Translations under genes and position numbers: made by a program
NCBI GenBank assembly: GCA_002189035.1
Contig: NEEC01000030.1
Span: 186,001-250,000, forward strand
Origin: Utricularia gibba
Taxonomy: Eukaryota; Plantae; Magnoliophyta
Direction: 5' to 3'
Length of the DNA stretch: 64,000 bases
In this document: piece after piece, positions 1 through 13,797 of the stretch
Numbering within the stretch: the stretch's first letter is position 1
Layout: the number at the start of each line of letters is the position of its first letter
Notes under the pieces: model-generated
Seen by the model: only the letters and a program-made list of their open reading frames with translations
Told to the model about the DNA's origin: nothing
The model's database searches: none

Positions 1-492
1 GTAATGTAATAAGCGATCTATCCCAAGAGAAAATCCTTAAATAAGAATGCAAATCATAGAAACAATCTAAGTATGATTGGACTCCAGCATCATCTCTTCT
101 TCCTCATTGCTAAGCATTTCTATCTCAACCATAAAATGCATATGTAATTGCCAAGCCCATTGGTGTATAACATTGATAATTACTAAAAATATGAATAGTA
201 GCTCAAATTTCTTTTTTTAACAAAGACAACTTCACACAACTAGAAAGAAAAGCAAAAAGACAACAAATTAATGCTTATCAAGAGACCTATGTCAAATATG
301 GCAACAAGAGTGATCAAAATCATGAATGTTCAACCATCCACCAAATAGCAAGGAGACAAGAGTCAAAGAGACCAAGCTATAGTCAATTGAGAAGCAGCCC
401 CTTGAAACTACTCATTTGTTGTTTTTGTAGTCCATTGCATTTTATCTTCTTAGAATAAGTAGAGGCCAGTAGTGAGGCTTAATTCTAATGAA

Positions 493-712
493 GTTAGTTG
501 ATGTGTTCTAGAGACAATCAACTTATTAGAAAATCTTATCATTTGATATTAACCTTGAATTATGATCAAATTTATATCACTGATAAAATCTTTTACTTGA
601 TCTATATGTCGTAAAAATTATGATGAGATCATAATGTCAGATTCTTCAAGCATTTATGTTCAAGTAAAAAACTCCTTGGTTAAAGAATTTGTGAAATGAA
701 GATATCACAAAT
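493..712 (+). mobile_element. Degenerate fragment of the Angela-type copia LTR (family A, first ~220 bp)
   Basis: GTGTTCTAGAGACAATCAACT...GATATCACAAAT aligns by eye with the start of the LTRs at 4721, 33246 and 53401, but is more diverged and truncated. Confidence 0.75.
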
Positions 713-2428
713 GTGGATAAACATGGGAGCTTGTTGGAGGAAGAGGTGCATATAGATCCCTTTTGGTTAGGGATCTATATGTTGATTAATGTTAAAATAA
801 GGAAAACAAATAATATCAGTAAAGTTAGACTAACCTATGGCCAAGAAATAGATAAGTCAAACTCCTTCACACAATCCTCATCCCAACCATTTATTTTAAA
901 AATGTAGTCCAGTAATTGATAAATCATGCATAACAAAAAGATTAATAGAGATTAATAATAAAGCACAATATAACACAAGATATGAAAATACATTATTTAC
1001 ATCTGAAGATCACTTGTTATATGAGTGGACATGGTATGCATCGAATCCTAGATGAGGACACACCGTTAGTATTTCTCTTCGAGATTGCACAATATGACAA
1101 GGGTATAGTGACCACAACTAGATATAGAGACAATTCAAAGTGATACATATTCTGATGTCAAATGTGGAAAATATATATATATGAAAGCTTACTTCATATT
1201 AATTGGCAAGAAGATGTAGCGAATGTTGCATGGATGTTACACACCACTTTTTAATTATTTCCAAGTCAAACTTTTTATCCACGGCATGTTGCATTCATAG
1301 GTTGTGGATGAATGCAACCTCCATTAGATGACTTAGTGGCTGCAATGCCATGGTTTTCCTACATGTAAAAACAATAATCATCAATAAAAATTCCAAAAAA
1401 ACATAATTTATACTCTATTAGTTTCATATCCAATGACTTACTCAATGGTGTCGTCCAATACATCATCCATCAACTCGCCATACACACATTGATGGGGAGC
1501 CTTACACCTTCTTTTATTTTTTGGAACCGGTGGAATACCGAAAGCATCCAAATCGCTGCTGACTTCCACCTGCATATTCACACAACTATTGAAGATGAAT
1601 CCTTTGTTGTAGGTTTGACTATATAGCATGTTATACACCACGCTTTTTGGGACTGTCTTTGGAGATATTTCTAGATGCAGTTTATCATTTTCTTTCTTCA
1701 CTTTCACAGGGCTTTGAAGAGAAGTCTCACCAACTTCCTCATTGCCCATGTTGGTCCTACATGGCTCCAGTGACGTGAGTGTTTCATCCTCTTCCATTCG
1801 TTGAACCCTGTCCTTATTTAATTCACCCTCTTTGCAATCTTTTTTCTTGTAGCCTTTCTTGCCATATGTGGAACATGATACCGGCCTAGAAATTACATTT
1901 AATCAACCATAAATCCAAAACTAATCCATACAAAAAAAAGTGTGATTGACAAAACCTGGAGAATCTGCACTTCTGTGAAGTAGATGACCAACCAGGTTTC
2001 TTACGTTTCCATTCAGGTGGAAGCAGTGGTAAGTCAGAAATAGAAGGCCATTTTTCATCTCTCAAAAGCCTGAACACATCACCATCATAAATTCTTTGAT
2101 AGGTTGTAAGCATATATTTAAAGTCTATGTATTCGACAGAACTATGGCCTTCCAAAATGATAGCAATGGACACATGTTGGCAAGGTATGCCTAAACATAT
2201 AATAGACAAAAATATGAAACACATAATTGCAAATTCTAACCATAAAATAAACTATTAAATATCCAAAATATTGAAATTAACAAAATGCTACATATATAAC
2301 ATCAATCTTATAATAAAACTAAGAATAGAGTAACAAAATAGTTATACTAAAAAATATTACATGCATAATATCAATCTTATAAAAATATTACATTGCTGGA
2401 ACAATGTATCAATTGTTGGCCAACTTAG

Positions 2429-3403
2429 TTCACTAGAAGCCGAAAAGAGCATAGTGAAATTGCACAGGATGTGGACAAAAAGCTAAAGGAAGTACAACAA
2501 AATCCCAAAGAAGAGAAAAACTGGATTTTTGGAAATGATGGGAGAGAGAAGAAAATGTCTTGCCCTTGAACATCATGCCAGACAATTCTGGGGAGGAGGG
2601 GATTAGAGGAAAATCGCAAGAACCAGAAAGAAGAATGAGGAAGACGATCTAGGAAAACAAGTTCCCTTTTGAAGATTTCTTCTGTTCTTGAAGAACACTA
2701 CTCCTAGCTGAGACAAGTTTTTAGTTTTTCTACGTGAATAATTTATTGTTTATGCTTTGTTATGCATTCTCTACTGTTATTTAACTTTGAGACCAAAATA
2801 GTGATTATGATATGTCACCAAAAGGTTTTGTTTTTCCTTATGATGAGTAGCTAAAGCACCTAGTGGTGCTTTGAGGTAAAGGGTTAACAAGTTTGTTATT
2901 CACTAAACTACATTAACCACATATCACATTATTTATTTACAAACTACGATAGATCCAGGAGGAGGAAGTAATGAAGCTCACTAGAACACCCTAGTTAGAG
3001 GTTGATCAAAAATTAGGGAAAACAAAGGTTTGGGTAGACTTAGACCTTTGCTTGTTATGTGAATGATCTATGGTTTAAATGGGATAGTGGTAGCAATTTG
3101 CATGTTAACCCTACAAGTCCCAACGCATCACCCATCTCATCTTAGGTACAATCGAGTTCAAAAATTTGCTGCTTTTTTATACTGTATTTTATTATAATTT
3201 TCCTTGGTTCTAGTTTAAACTAAATCTATCAATATGACACTAATTGTATCCATTGATAATCACATGACAAGCATATGCTCTTTGTGTTCGACCCTAATCA
3301 CTATGCTTATATTTGTTATATGATTGGATGTGAATTAGAATTATAAATTTATTTGACAAGAAAATTTGTATTTTAATGATGTCCTAAAATTTTTCGTTTA
3401 TCA
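2429..3403 (+). mobile_element. Athila-like LTR (family F), 5'-truncated, inserted in the MULE transposase
   Basis: Ends GTTCGACCCTAATCACTATG...TTTTCGTTTATCA like the copy at 40157-41324; lacks that copy's first part; no clean TSD. Confidence 0.65.
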
Positions 3404-4720
3404 CCTAGCATCCTTGAGAGCCAAATTAAGGGACTATGAGTTGTTGTTCATCAAAATAGCGTACTTGTTGCCTTGATCAAAAAATGCTTGCCACTATTGG
3501 GATGGTGGGATATAATCCCATATACTCATATGCTTTTGGATTACATTCCGTAAGGGCTTCCATGGCATGCCTAAATTGACTAGGCATTGTAGCTTGAGCG
3601 ACAGCCCACACATGTCAACTATTATTAAAAAAATGCATCAAAAAATTATTACATAATCCAACAAATCAACTATTTTTAAATGTCAAACTTATCATTACAT
3701 AATAAATAAAACATACTTCTAACATACAATATTTAACAATAAACTATTTGAAAATATATAGGAAGAAATGCTATATAATTGAAAAAAAATTCACAAATAT
3801 GTAACAAAAATGCTTCAATAATGTATACCTTCTCAAAAAAGTAAACTCCTTTGCCACCATCTACCTCCAAAATTGACACTGTAGCACATTCATTTGATAC
3901 CTGATATTGTTCACAGTAACTTTGATGTCGCTTGAAATCGTTCTTCATGCTTCTCGCCACCATCTTCCTTGTGTTTTCTATTGCTCTCCTCACCTTGTGG
4001 GGAGTCACTTCCACATGTCAATCACACTTTATATCCGTAAGTAGATTTGCAGCTTTTCAATAGACAATCAATGAATCTATCCATGTACATCTTGCCAAGC
4101 CAACATGCATTCATCAATTTCTTGTTCACGTGTGTTTGACAATGGTCTCGTGGGGAAGTAACTCCATGAACATTTCAAGTCATCATCGGTGTTACTTTCA
4201 TGTACACCTTCCATGGGCATGTTACCCCTATACTAGCTCTATAATGAGTGTTGCGTATCGTCTTGTCAACAAATTTTAATTTAGAAAAATGTAAAACACA
4301 ATAAAACATAGTACAAGTGTTGATCTCACGGAATTGAGTTTTACGAAAAATGTTTTGTACTAAACTTTTACAAATTGTCATGGGTTCGTAAAAGGGGGTT
4401 TTTGAAATAAAGAAACAAAAGATACAATGCAAGTAATGGACCTTGACTACGAGAAGCAGTTCCTGAGAATTGGATTCCTTTTTCTTCTTTTGTCTATCCT
4501 TACCTCGCCTTTCACTGATTCCTTTTGAATAACTGGTTATAGGAGTAAGAATAGCCCACTTTGCCTTACACTCTGATTGACAAGAAGGCACGAGAATAAC
4601 CTCCTGTGATTCGCCTTTGGATGATTGAGAGGACAAGAGGATTGCCATCCATTATTCTCAAAACCGAATTATGCATGTGTACGAGGTCACTGCCCATCCA
4701 CTATCATGGTACCTTGGTCA

Positions 4721-6172
4721 TGTTAGTGTATGTGTTCTAGAGACAATCAACTCATTGGAAAATCTTATCTTTTGATATTTACTTTGAATTGTGATCAAAT
4801 TTATATCATTGATAAAATCCTCTACTTGATCTATGTGCTATGGAAATTATGATGAGATCATAATGTGAGATTCTTCAAGCACTCGTGATCAAGTTAAAAA
4901 CTCCCTGGCTAGAGTGTTTGTGAAATGAGGATATCACAAATACGGATAAGCTAGCACACATTGAGTTCCCTAAACTGTTTAGGCAATGGTTCTCACAATT
5001 GATGTAATGAGATTACTAGAACCTATTTGTGGGTGTCGATTAGAGAATCGATTCACTGGATGACTCATTTTCGAGATGCTACTATGGGAGGCTAACTATG
5101 TGTCAGTAGCAAGATCTCGAATATGACAGCCGTGCAAGTAAGCTTAGACTTGAGCTCAACAAAGTTATCTTGATCTTAAGCTCACATTTTCGCTCATTAC
5201 TAATGGGAGCCTAACCATGGCTTGCCTAGTATGGATGAGTAGGGATGTGACTCCTTAAGGTTGGAGATAGTTGATTGATCAATAAAGAATTCATAACTCA
5301 TGTTAGCGATGAGATCATATCTCAAGTAATTGCATCAAAGTCTAACAGTAAGTCCTGGGCCCAGGGTAATGACACTCGAATTGTTTGAGTAGGTCATTCA
5401 GTGTTAGTGCTTGAATGCAATTATAAGTTCGATACATCAGAAAGACACACACCCATGTTCTAGTATCGAATGAGATATAAGTATGATGAAAGCTGTTCAT
5501 TGCATGGTGGTTGGTCATGGAAAGGCTCAATCAGTTCACCTGATTATTCTTTAATCTTGGGGATTATGATATGTTGCTAGACATCACTCATGATCGATAA
5601 TGATGGATTTGATTAATTAAGAGTTAATTAATAAATCCATTATTACGGCCTTGATTGAGGAAGCCTATAAGGTCACACACAATAGTGGAGTCACTCATCG
5701 ATGTAAAATAGAATGACACAATTAAATGAGATATAATTGGTAAAGTGGATAAATTAAATAGAGAGTTATTTTGAGATTAATATTAATTAAACTCAAAATA
5801 AAAGATCTCATATAGATATGATTTGATATGTTACAAAATATCTATAAAAAAGATTTAGATCTTGAGATCTGCTCCAAAGTCTTCGTGCTCTCTGAGACTG
5901 ATCCACAAGGAGGCGTTTTTCTCTACTAGCACCTGAGGAATTCGACCAGCATTCAAGAGCCTTGAGAAGGTTATCGACGGAGTGCTCCATGTGTGGATAC
6001 CATAGAGACTGTTTGCTATTGGCGGTTGGTGATCAACGGAGTCATCTGAAAGGTATTTTCAGCATTCCTTTGTCTGACGTATATCGTATTCCAAGATCTG
6101 CGTTGGGGGTTTCTCAAAATTTTTAAAATTTCACTGCTTTTGAGACATACGATGTCTATGAGAAACCCAACA
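4721..6172 (+). mobile_element. Solo LTR, Angela-type copia (family A)
   Basis: TGTTAGTGTATGTG...GAGAAACCCAACA; perfect TSD GGTCA (4716-4720, 6173-6177); same LTR as the copia 3' LTR at 53401. Confidence 0.92.
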
Positions 6173-6271
6173 GGTCACAAATAATTCGCCATCTCCCTTG
6201 AAACAATAGGGTTGGAGATAGTGCTATTCACCTTGCTCTTCATCAAAATTCACGAGAAGTGGCCTGCTACT

Positions 6272-7652
6272 TGATAAACGGAAATTTTAGCAATGTCGTT
6301 GCAATAAAAGAGAATTTCCATATCAAATAAATTTATAGTCTCTAATCCTCATAAAATACAAATTAAACTCAAAGTGTATAGTAGAATTCGAGGTCGATCA
6401 CACGTAGCTTGTGCTTGCTAAGTGTTTTAATAGATGCATAATTCGGGGTAACAATAGGTCTTAGTCTAAGCTTGGACTAGCAGTGGCAAGTAAGTTCAAT
6501 AAAAAAAATCAAGTTTAAATGCGAAAGGTAACAAGTACTTGTTCTAACTCAAAATAATACAAAGATGCCTTAAGGGTCTGCAGGTGATGTGGTGCTAAAA
6601 TACTTAATTTAATTTACCATGTTCCTACACTCACAACTTCAAATAACCTAAGTCTACCCAGTTTATTCATCAAATTTTCGGCAAAGCTAGTCTCCCATAT
6701 CATCACCAACATTGCAATTAGGCCTACCCGTATGCAAAATATATAGAACTAGGTCTATCCAATTCTATTGGTTCTACCACGTACTAACACCTACTGCTCC
6801 CGTCTTAATTTGTTGGTCTACCTCTAAATCAAGCATCTAATTTGTGAAGCTACTTGTTCCCCTCCTTAGGTCTACCCATGGATTGATAGAAACAAGAGCT
6901 AAGGAGCAATGATGAATTTTATTAAGACTCCTAGGTCTATACCACCATGCTTTACCTTAAGGCATCTCTAAAGTTCTAGCTACTCATATTTTGAAGGTAA
7001 AAAGTAATGATGTTAACATAATACAACGAAAATGTCAAGAACATCGTGCAGAAGTTGGTTGCAGAAACTGAAAACGTCAAAAAACTAAAGTAAAGTAGTA
7101 TGAGTTTTGGTTCCCGTCTGCTATTGTTCATAGGTCAGAACACTAGCGCTGGACTGGGTCTTGATTTTCTTCCTTCACGCTGGAAGTTCTTCTCTAGAAA
7201 AAATCGCCTTTCTTTCTCCTTCTCCTTAAGTATTCTTCGTGTTCGAGTTGGCGGAGAACCCCGTGTGTGTTTTGCAAACTGTGCTGGTCGAACCCCTCTA
7301 TTGCGATTCTCTCTCCTCTCACTTCCCAAGGCAGGTATAGGTTCTGAAAGCTCTGTAACTCCTGCCCCTGACTTGCAGACTACCGCCGCAACAGTATACT
7401 CATTGCTCCCTGCTGCACGGTGACTTGCCCAAAATCCTTGTTCTTTTCCATGATTTTCCGGTTGATGCTAGACTCAAAATTGTGTTAGAACATGGGTGGA
7501 CTAAATCCTTTTATTTAGCCCACTAACATACCAAAAATCACATTTTCCTAAATTATATATAAAAATACTTAAAACTATGAAATAAATAACTAAAGATAAT
7601 TAAAAACCTGTAATTTTTATATCATAAAAGCATGAAAATTTGTGTGCTATCA
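6272..7652 (-). mobile_element. Solo LTR, Athila family C
   Basis: TGATAAACGG...GTGCTATCA; perfect TSD CTACT (6267-6271, 7653-7657); homologous to the LTRs of the element at 12618-21115. Confidence 0.9.
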
Positions 7653-8434
7653 CTACTCATGAATTGTGACTAGGAGACATTATAGAAAGACTGCAAACAT
7701 GATGCGTGGAAATATGTGGAATTCGAAAGAATCTCAGTAAAGAACCAAGATTGGTGCTCAAGATATGAAATGAAACTCCATCTATTTCTCGAAACTAAAA
7801 AGGTTTAGTCTCGAATGGCCATGAAAATAGAAAATGGAACATAAAGCTAAGATGTCTTCCTCCCTTAGTGGAGAGGAAGAATCAAAAGTTCTTGTGCGAG
7901 AACAAGTACGAGTAAAGGTCTGAAAAAGAGTCTACATCCAAATTGTTCCAAGTTTCTTTTAAGTCACTTCCATGTGCATTAACTTCCTCTACTCACCTTC
8001 CATGATTCTTTCTATCTTGCATGCGCCACAAGCTTTCCCATACGTGGAAGTAAGTGTCCAATCATTGCTGCACACTTTGACATGCCATAAGACAGAGGCC
8101 TTGACTAGTGTCAGTCTTCCATCCAAAATTGATCTACTTCACGTACAAGTCACAAAACGTCAATGTCTGGTCTCCTGTAAGTCTCTTGCAACAGTTAAAG
8201 ACTATCTCTTGCCACCTTTCGGTCAAAGTGCAAGAAAAAGATAACAAAATATATATACAAAATAAAAAAATAGTATTTTTCTAATAAAATAAAATACTTA
8301 TCAATATAACTTATAATTTAGGCGACTCAATACCTAATTAACACATAATAATATATAATAAAAAAGCAAAAAATGACACTTAACAACGAGCAATCAAACA
8401 ACGCTTATCATTCTTCTTGAACAAAAACGGACGC

Positions 8435-9584
8435 TGATAAGTGATTTTGTGTCATTCCAAAACATGTTCTTCCACTACTCTTGAGTGTTGTTTTTAAATA
8501 TCTTAGACCCCACTTTCTCATTATTCTCAATTGATTTTGCATCTTTCACACTACTTTGGTCTTTTTGGAGAGAAAGTGTATTTCGTGGATTTTTAGGGTA
8601 CTTTTGGATCAATTTGAGGAGAAATCAAGACCCACCAAATTATGGACTTGATGGACCACGAATCTCAACCCAAGACTCGGTCAACCGATGAAGATTTGGT
8701 CCAAGATTCGTGGATAAGACAGAGATATGAAGATGATCTTCGAAGATTTGAATAAAAGATTTGGATAGAAGATCTTCTCCAAGCTCATCAAATAAGCTGA
8801 ATACGAAGACTTGGATTGACTCACATATAAATACCCCACCCTCTCAACCATTAGAAACGTCTTTGACCACTTTTCCTTTGTACTTTTCCTATTTTCGTGT
8901 CTATTTTCATGTTAGAGTCAAGTTTGCGCGTGTAGGTGCTTGCGGCTGAGGATCTGCGATGAAGCCTTGCTTGCGCAAGTCCTGCGCGTGTGACTGTTTT
9001 ACTATATTTTTCGACATTTAAATTGAGGTTTGCTTTTGTTTTTCGCAACGTTTTCTTTATCAACGTGCTCTTTAGTATCACATAACCCGAAGGGAGTGTG
9101 AGAGAATCAAAGGTTGGCCTCAAGCACCTAAGGAGAAGGGCTCAATCGGACATCGTTGGTAAGGCACATTCTGTCTAATCTGTCTGCGAGGTGTGAGGTG
9201 TAGGAGTTAGATTTGGGTGTGGGGAAAACACGGGTCATCAAAAGAGATGAAATGGCTCTGGTGGCGTGGTTGATTCCATAATCCCACAAAACAAGAGATG
9301 GTGTTATAACGGTCACCAAGTAGCACTATTTTAGAATAACACCCCCAGAGCTTGCGCAAGCAAGTCAGTCTTCAAGGTTTGCACACACGCAAGGGCGAGT
9401 TTCAAGTAAGGTGAGTCCTGGATCCAAAGCCAATTTTCTTATTGTTTTTAAAACCAAATCTTTCTTTTATTTTCGTCCTTTTTTCAGTCTTTATTTGTAA
9501 AGAAAATTCCAATAACAATTCCCTATGGATATGATCTTATTTTATTACTTCGACGGTTTCTGTACACTTGCAGAATCACCATCA
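8435..9584 (+). mobile_element. Solo LTR, Athila-like family B
   Basis: TGATAAGTGATTTTGTG...GAATCACCATCA; perfect TSD GACGC (8430-8434, 9585-9589); TATA-like ATAAATACCC near 8828; splits the MuDR domain. Confidence 0.9.
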
Positions 9585-10479
9585 GACGCAGTACTCTTCA
9601 AGTGCATATTTAGTTTCGACTTTGGATTGAAACACTATCCCTTCCCTATAAATAAAATACAATTTAAATACTAAAAATATCAATAATACAATTTAATCAA
9701 AAGAAACTATACTTACACAAGTTCTTGTATTCAAACACTATTGCATTCTGTCCTGACAATATTCAAAGGGCCTTCACTTGTTTTATTGTGAGGAGCTTCC
9801 AATTTTATTCCTTCAGACACGGGAATTTCCAAAGCTTGCCCATAATCATCATTCTCGGTGGGAAATCGGTCGTCAAGAATTTCATAGTCTCCCTCTTCGC
9901 TTCCATAGTCGAATATGAAGTTGCTTTCATACTCCATGTGAGTATACATACCTACAAATACGTTGCCAACTAGGAAATTAACTACAAAATTAATGAGGAA
10001 AACTGACAGCTGAAAACCCCTGAGATAAGACCTGTACCTAAAAACTCAAATAAAACTATTGTTTAAAAAACAAGAATTTTGAAGAAGAATGTAGAATCTA
10101 GCAAAAAGCCTGCATCAGTCCAATTAATAAAAGGAAAAAGAAAAGGTGAGATGAGTCTTTTCCAACCCCTAAGAAGTAGTAAGAAGGTAAGGGTTGAGTT
10201 GTAAGATCTAAACCTATGATTGTAGAAGACGAAAAGCTAGTGAATGAGGATTTAATGATAAGAAGTTGGAATGGATAGTGAACCTACACAAATGCTTGAG
10301 ACAAAGGTGGAGATGGAGGTAGAAGAAGAAGAAGCAATCTCAGAAGAAGTGGAGGAGGATAGCCTTGGTGATAAAGAAGAAGAATTTGAGTTGGAATCAG
10401 AAAAGTTACCGAAAGATTCAAAACCAAAAGCAAGGTGAGAACCTAAGTTGCTATGGTAGCCATGCTATAGAAAGCTATT

Positions 10480-12370
10480 TCAAAGCTAGGGAATCTTATT
10501 GTGAAGCTTAGGAGTGATCATAGGAGGTAACTAACTCACCCTTGATTGCATTAAATTAGTTTAAGGTGCGTGGATATTTCTTTTTTATGTAAATTTATTT
10601 TCTTTTTTCCTTTTTCATTTTGCTTGTTTTTGTTTATGTTGTTTTTCAAGTAACTTTCTTTTCAATAGTTGCATCACTTTCATTACTTGAATTTCCTAGG
10701 TTTCTCAAATTGAAGTGATGCAGTGGAGCATACTATCCACATGTGAGGTCTAGATCATTTCTAATTTCATGCCTTCATATCAATTCTCAAAAGATTAATG
10801 TGACAGAATTGTATATAACTCCTAGAATGCATGGTAAATCTCTGAACATTAGGTCACTAGGCTCACTTTTAGACTAGACTAACACCACCTTGCATTTTGC
10901 TGTGTTCAATAGCCAAAAACGGAACTATGAGAAGCTAAAAAAAGATAGGCACATATGAATTCATTTACAAAAAAATGCTAGAAGAGGGAACTCTAGGCAA
11001 AAGTGTTAGATGCTTGTAGTGAGAAAGGAGTTGGAGGTATATAAAGTTGTGGAGCAATCATTCAATCATACCAAACTTTCTTGTGGGGTCCCCAATCTTT
11101 TAAACAAGAAATTCTCTGGTAGCAGACTATAAGTTGGATATAAGTTTGGGTAAAGTCTAATTTAAAAGAGAGATGAATTTGGCATGCTAGGATTTCTACT
11201 GCGACCCCACAAGATCAATGTCCCAATATTTTACAACTTCTGCACGCTATATCTCATGCTTCACTATTGAGCTGGGTACTTGGAAAACAATGTCGATATA
11301 GCATGTGTTAGATTTAGAGTTAGACTTGAGGATGAGTCTATTGTTGACATAGGATAATGTGATATTGTATTTATTTTGATGTTTTAATGTTTAGATTTTA
11401 GTACTATTGGAATGAAAATACTTGAATTACAAGGGAAAATGACCCAAAGCATATGGACTCAAATTATGCGTAAGGAAAATTAGAATTGGTCCAATTTTTC
11501 TCTAATCTAATGTCAAAGTGGGTTTATTATTCCATTGAGTATATAAAGGTCCAGCTCATTTGGGCTACACTATGCAATTTAACTAGTGTGTGAGATTGTT
11601 TTAGAAAATGAGGAAAATTGAAAGTACAAGTCCTTGTAGAAGTTAAAATAAGAGAGAGAATGCAAAAAGAGGGCTAGCTACAAACTAGGGGGACACCTCT
11701 CAAGGGGTGAAAGGGATATATTTTTTTCCAATTTCAAGAGGAAATGTAGGATAGAAGGAAAGAGCAAATTTCTGTAGAGGAGTCGGGGTATGCAATCTGA
11801 TCTATGTTCATGGATAGAAGAGAAGCAAAGACAAAAACAAAGATAGTTAGCGAGTGAGAGTTTGAAAATAGAGTAGTTAGTACCATCCATATATTAGAGG
11901 AAAGGACAATCTGAAGAAGAAAAACACAATTTAAAATGATTTCTAGATTTTCTCAACTTTTATTAACCACTTTCTGACTTCATGATATCAATATTTTTAC
12001 CGTTTTCAATGTTCATTTGAGTTAGTTGCTACATGTTTACCATTGGAGATGAAATGATAATAAATACTTTTTTTATTCTCAAAAATTGCTGACCCTATTT
12101 ATCTTTTAGTTACTGTTTTCATTCTTTTTAGATTGGATAATGTTTTGATCATTTCTACACTTGTAGCTTACACAACAAATGCTTCTTTTTACAAATACTC
12201 TGTCAAACCTTCTAATTTAATCTAACTTATATATAGAAATTACAATTAAAAACCATTGTTCTCTATGGATGAACCTACATTTGTTGCTTATTTATTTTCC
12301 TATAGTATATTTTTGGATTGCCTATTTAGCTTATAAAGATGATAAAAATCTTTAGATCTACGACACTACA
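10480..12370 (+). mobile_element. Highly degraded 3' end of an Athila-like element (3' UTR plus probable LTR from ~11360)
   Basis: Degenerate GGAGG(C/T)AAC motif near 10523; CTTGAGGATGAG...TGTGAT resembles the Athila pre-LTR CTTGAGGACAAG/PPT region; boundaries uncertain. Confidence 0.35.
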
Positions 12371-12617
12371 TAATTCACCTTTCATGAAGTGTCGCCTACC
12401 AGCGATGTCCATAACCAAAGTATGATGCTCACATGCCGCGATTCTTGTGGTATATCATCCTTAACTATCCTCATGATAAGTGCAAACATTAAATAAAGTA
12501 GAGTGTTCCGTGAATAGGGTAAAACCTCATTTAGATGGCTCTAATAACCTTAGTGACGTATGGGTTGGAGAATATAGAAGAACCATAATAACAACCTCCT
12601 TATGCAACATTGGTGAT

Positions 12618-13797
12618 TGATAAACGAAAATTTTAGCATGTCATTGCAATAAAACCAAATATCCGTATCAAATAAATTTATAATCCCTAATCCACACAAA
12701 ATACACATTTAGAAAACTTGTGTAGTGGATATCGGGGTCGTTCACGAAGAGCTTGTGCTTGCTAAGTGTTTTAGTACATGCATAATTTCGGATAACAGTA
12801 GGTCTTAGTCTAAACTCGGACCAACAATGGTAAACAAGTTTAGTAAACAAGGTAGGTAAGCAATATCAAGTTTGAACGCTAAAGTGATAGGTACTATTTC
12901 TAACTTAGAATAACACGAAGATGCCTTAAGGATCTGTAGGTAGTGCTATGCTAAGATGTCTAATTTAATTTACCATATTCCTACACTCACAACTTCAAAT
13001 AACCTAAGTCTACCTAGGTCATTCATCATATTTTCGGCTAAGCTAGTCCCAAAAATCTAACCAACATTGCAATTAGGTCTACCCGCATGCAAAGCATATA
13101 GAACTAGGTCTACCTGGTTCTACTGGTTCTACCCTAGACTAACACCGACTACTCCGTCTTGGTTTGTTGGTCTACCTCTAAACCAAGCATCTAATTTTGA
13201 AACTACTTGTTTCTCACATTAGGTCTACCCATGGTTTGTTAGAAACAAGAGTTAAGGAACACACATAAATTTCATCATCAACCCTAAGCACACACCACCC
13301 CACTTCACCTTAAGGCATCCCTCAGACTTTAGCCACTCATGCTTGGGAAATAAAACACGATTTCATTCATATAAGCTGGCGAAAATAACAGAAACATTGT
13401 AAGCTAGTCTAGTACAAAAACTAGAAATGTTCATAAAACTAGAAGAAAGTAAAGATTGTTCTTTTGTCGAGTTGCTACTGTTCATAGCCCCAGTAGCACT
13501 AGACTGGGCTCTGGTGCTGTTCTTGACGATGGAGGCCTTCTTTTCTCTTTTTGGTTGGTGTTTTTTGCGTTGGGGAAGAAGCCCCCTTGCGTGCATTCTA
13601 CACTCCCCGTGTCTCTCTTCTTTTCGAAATAAATTTTCCCTTTCCTTCACTCCATGGCACTGTTCCTCACCGACAGTACTGCTCCCGACCGCCAGCACTA
13701 TTCTCGGCCTGAACTTGCAGACTGCAGGTGGCGGAAAAATAGTGCTCTTTGTCCTTCTCCGGATTTTGCGCCCTTTTTCACTTGTTCCACACGTTTG
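12618..13797 (-). repeat. 3' LTR of the Athila element (its 5' ~220 bp lost at the family B insertion)
   Basis: Homologous to 6272-7652, 31746-33149 and 60562-61971. Confidence 0.85.

Larger units (their letters stand above)
4249..8385 (-). mobile_element. Solo LTR, Athila family E, with two nested solo LTRs
   Basis: TGTTGCGTATCG...GACACTTAACA termini; flanks ATGAG/ACGAG (1 mismatch); collinear with 23072-24220 once the inserts are removed. Confidence 0.8.
1438..9973 (-). pseudogene. MuDR/MULE transposase, fragmented and interrupted by LTR insertions
   Basis: MuDR-like EGIVFQSKVETKYALEEYC read across 9585-9660; RHQSYCEQYQVSNE..VYFFEKVY (3733-4014); NNS..NLALKDAR near 3404-3445; SWIM-type GIPCQH...YIDFKY..TYQRIY...W...LPP (1886-2224). 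TIRs not identified. Confidence 0.75.

Noticed and set aside
1200-10050. Terminal inverted repeats for the MULE
   Set aside because: No matching inverted termini were found on either side of the transposase remnants.
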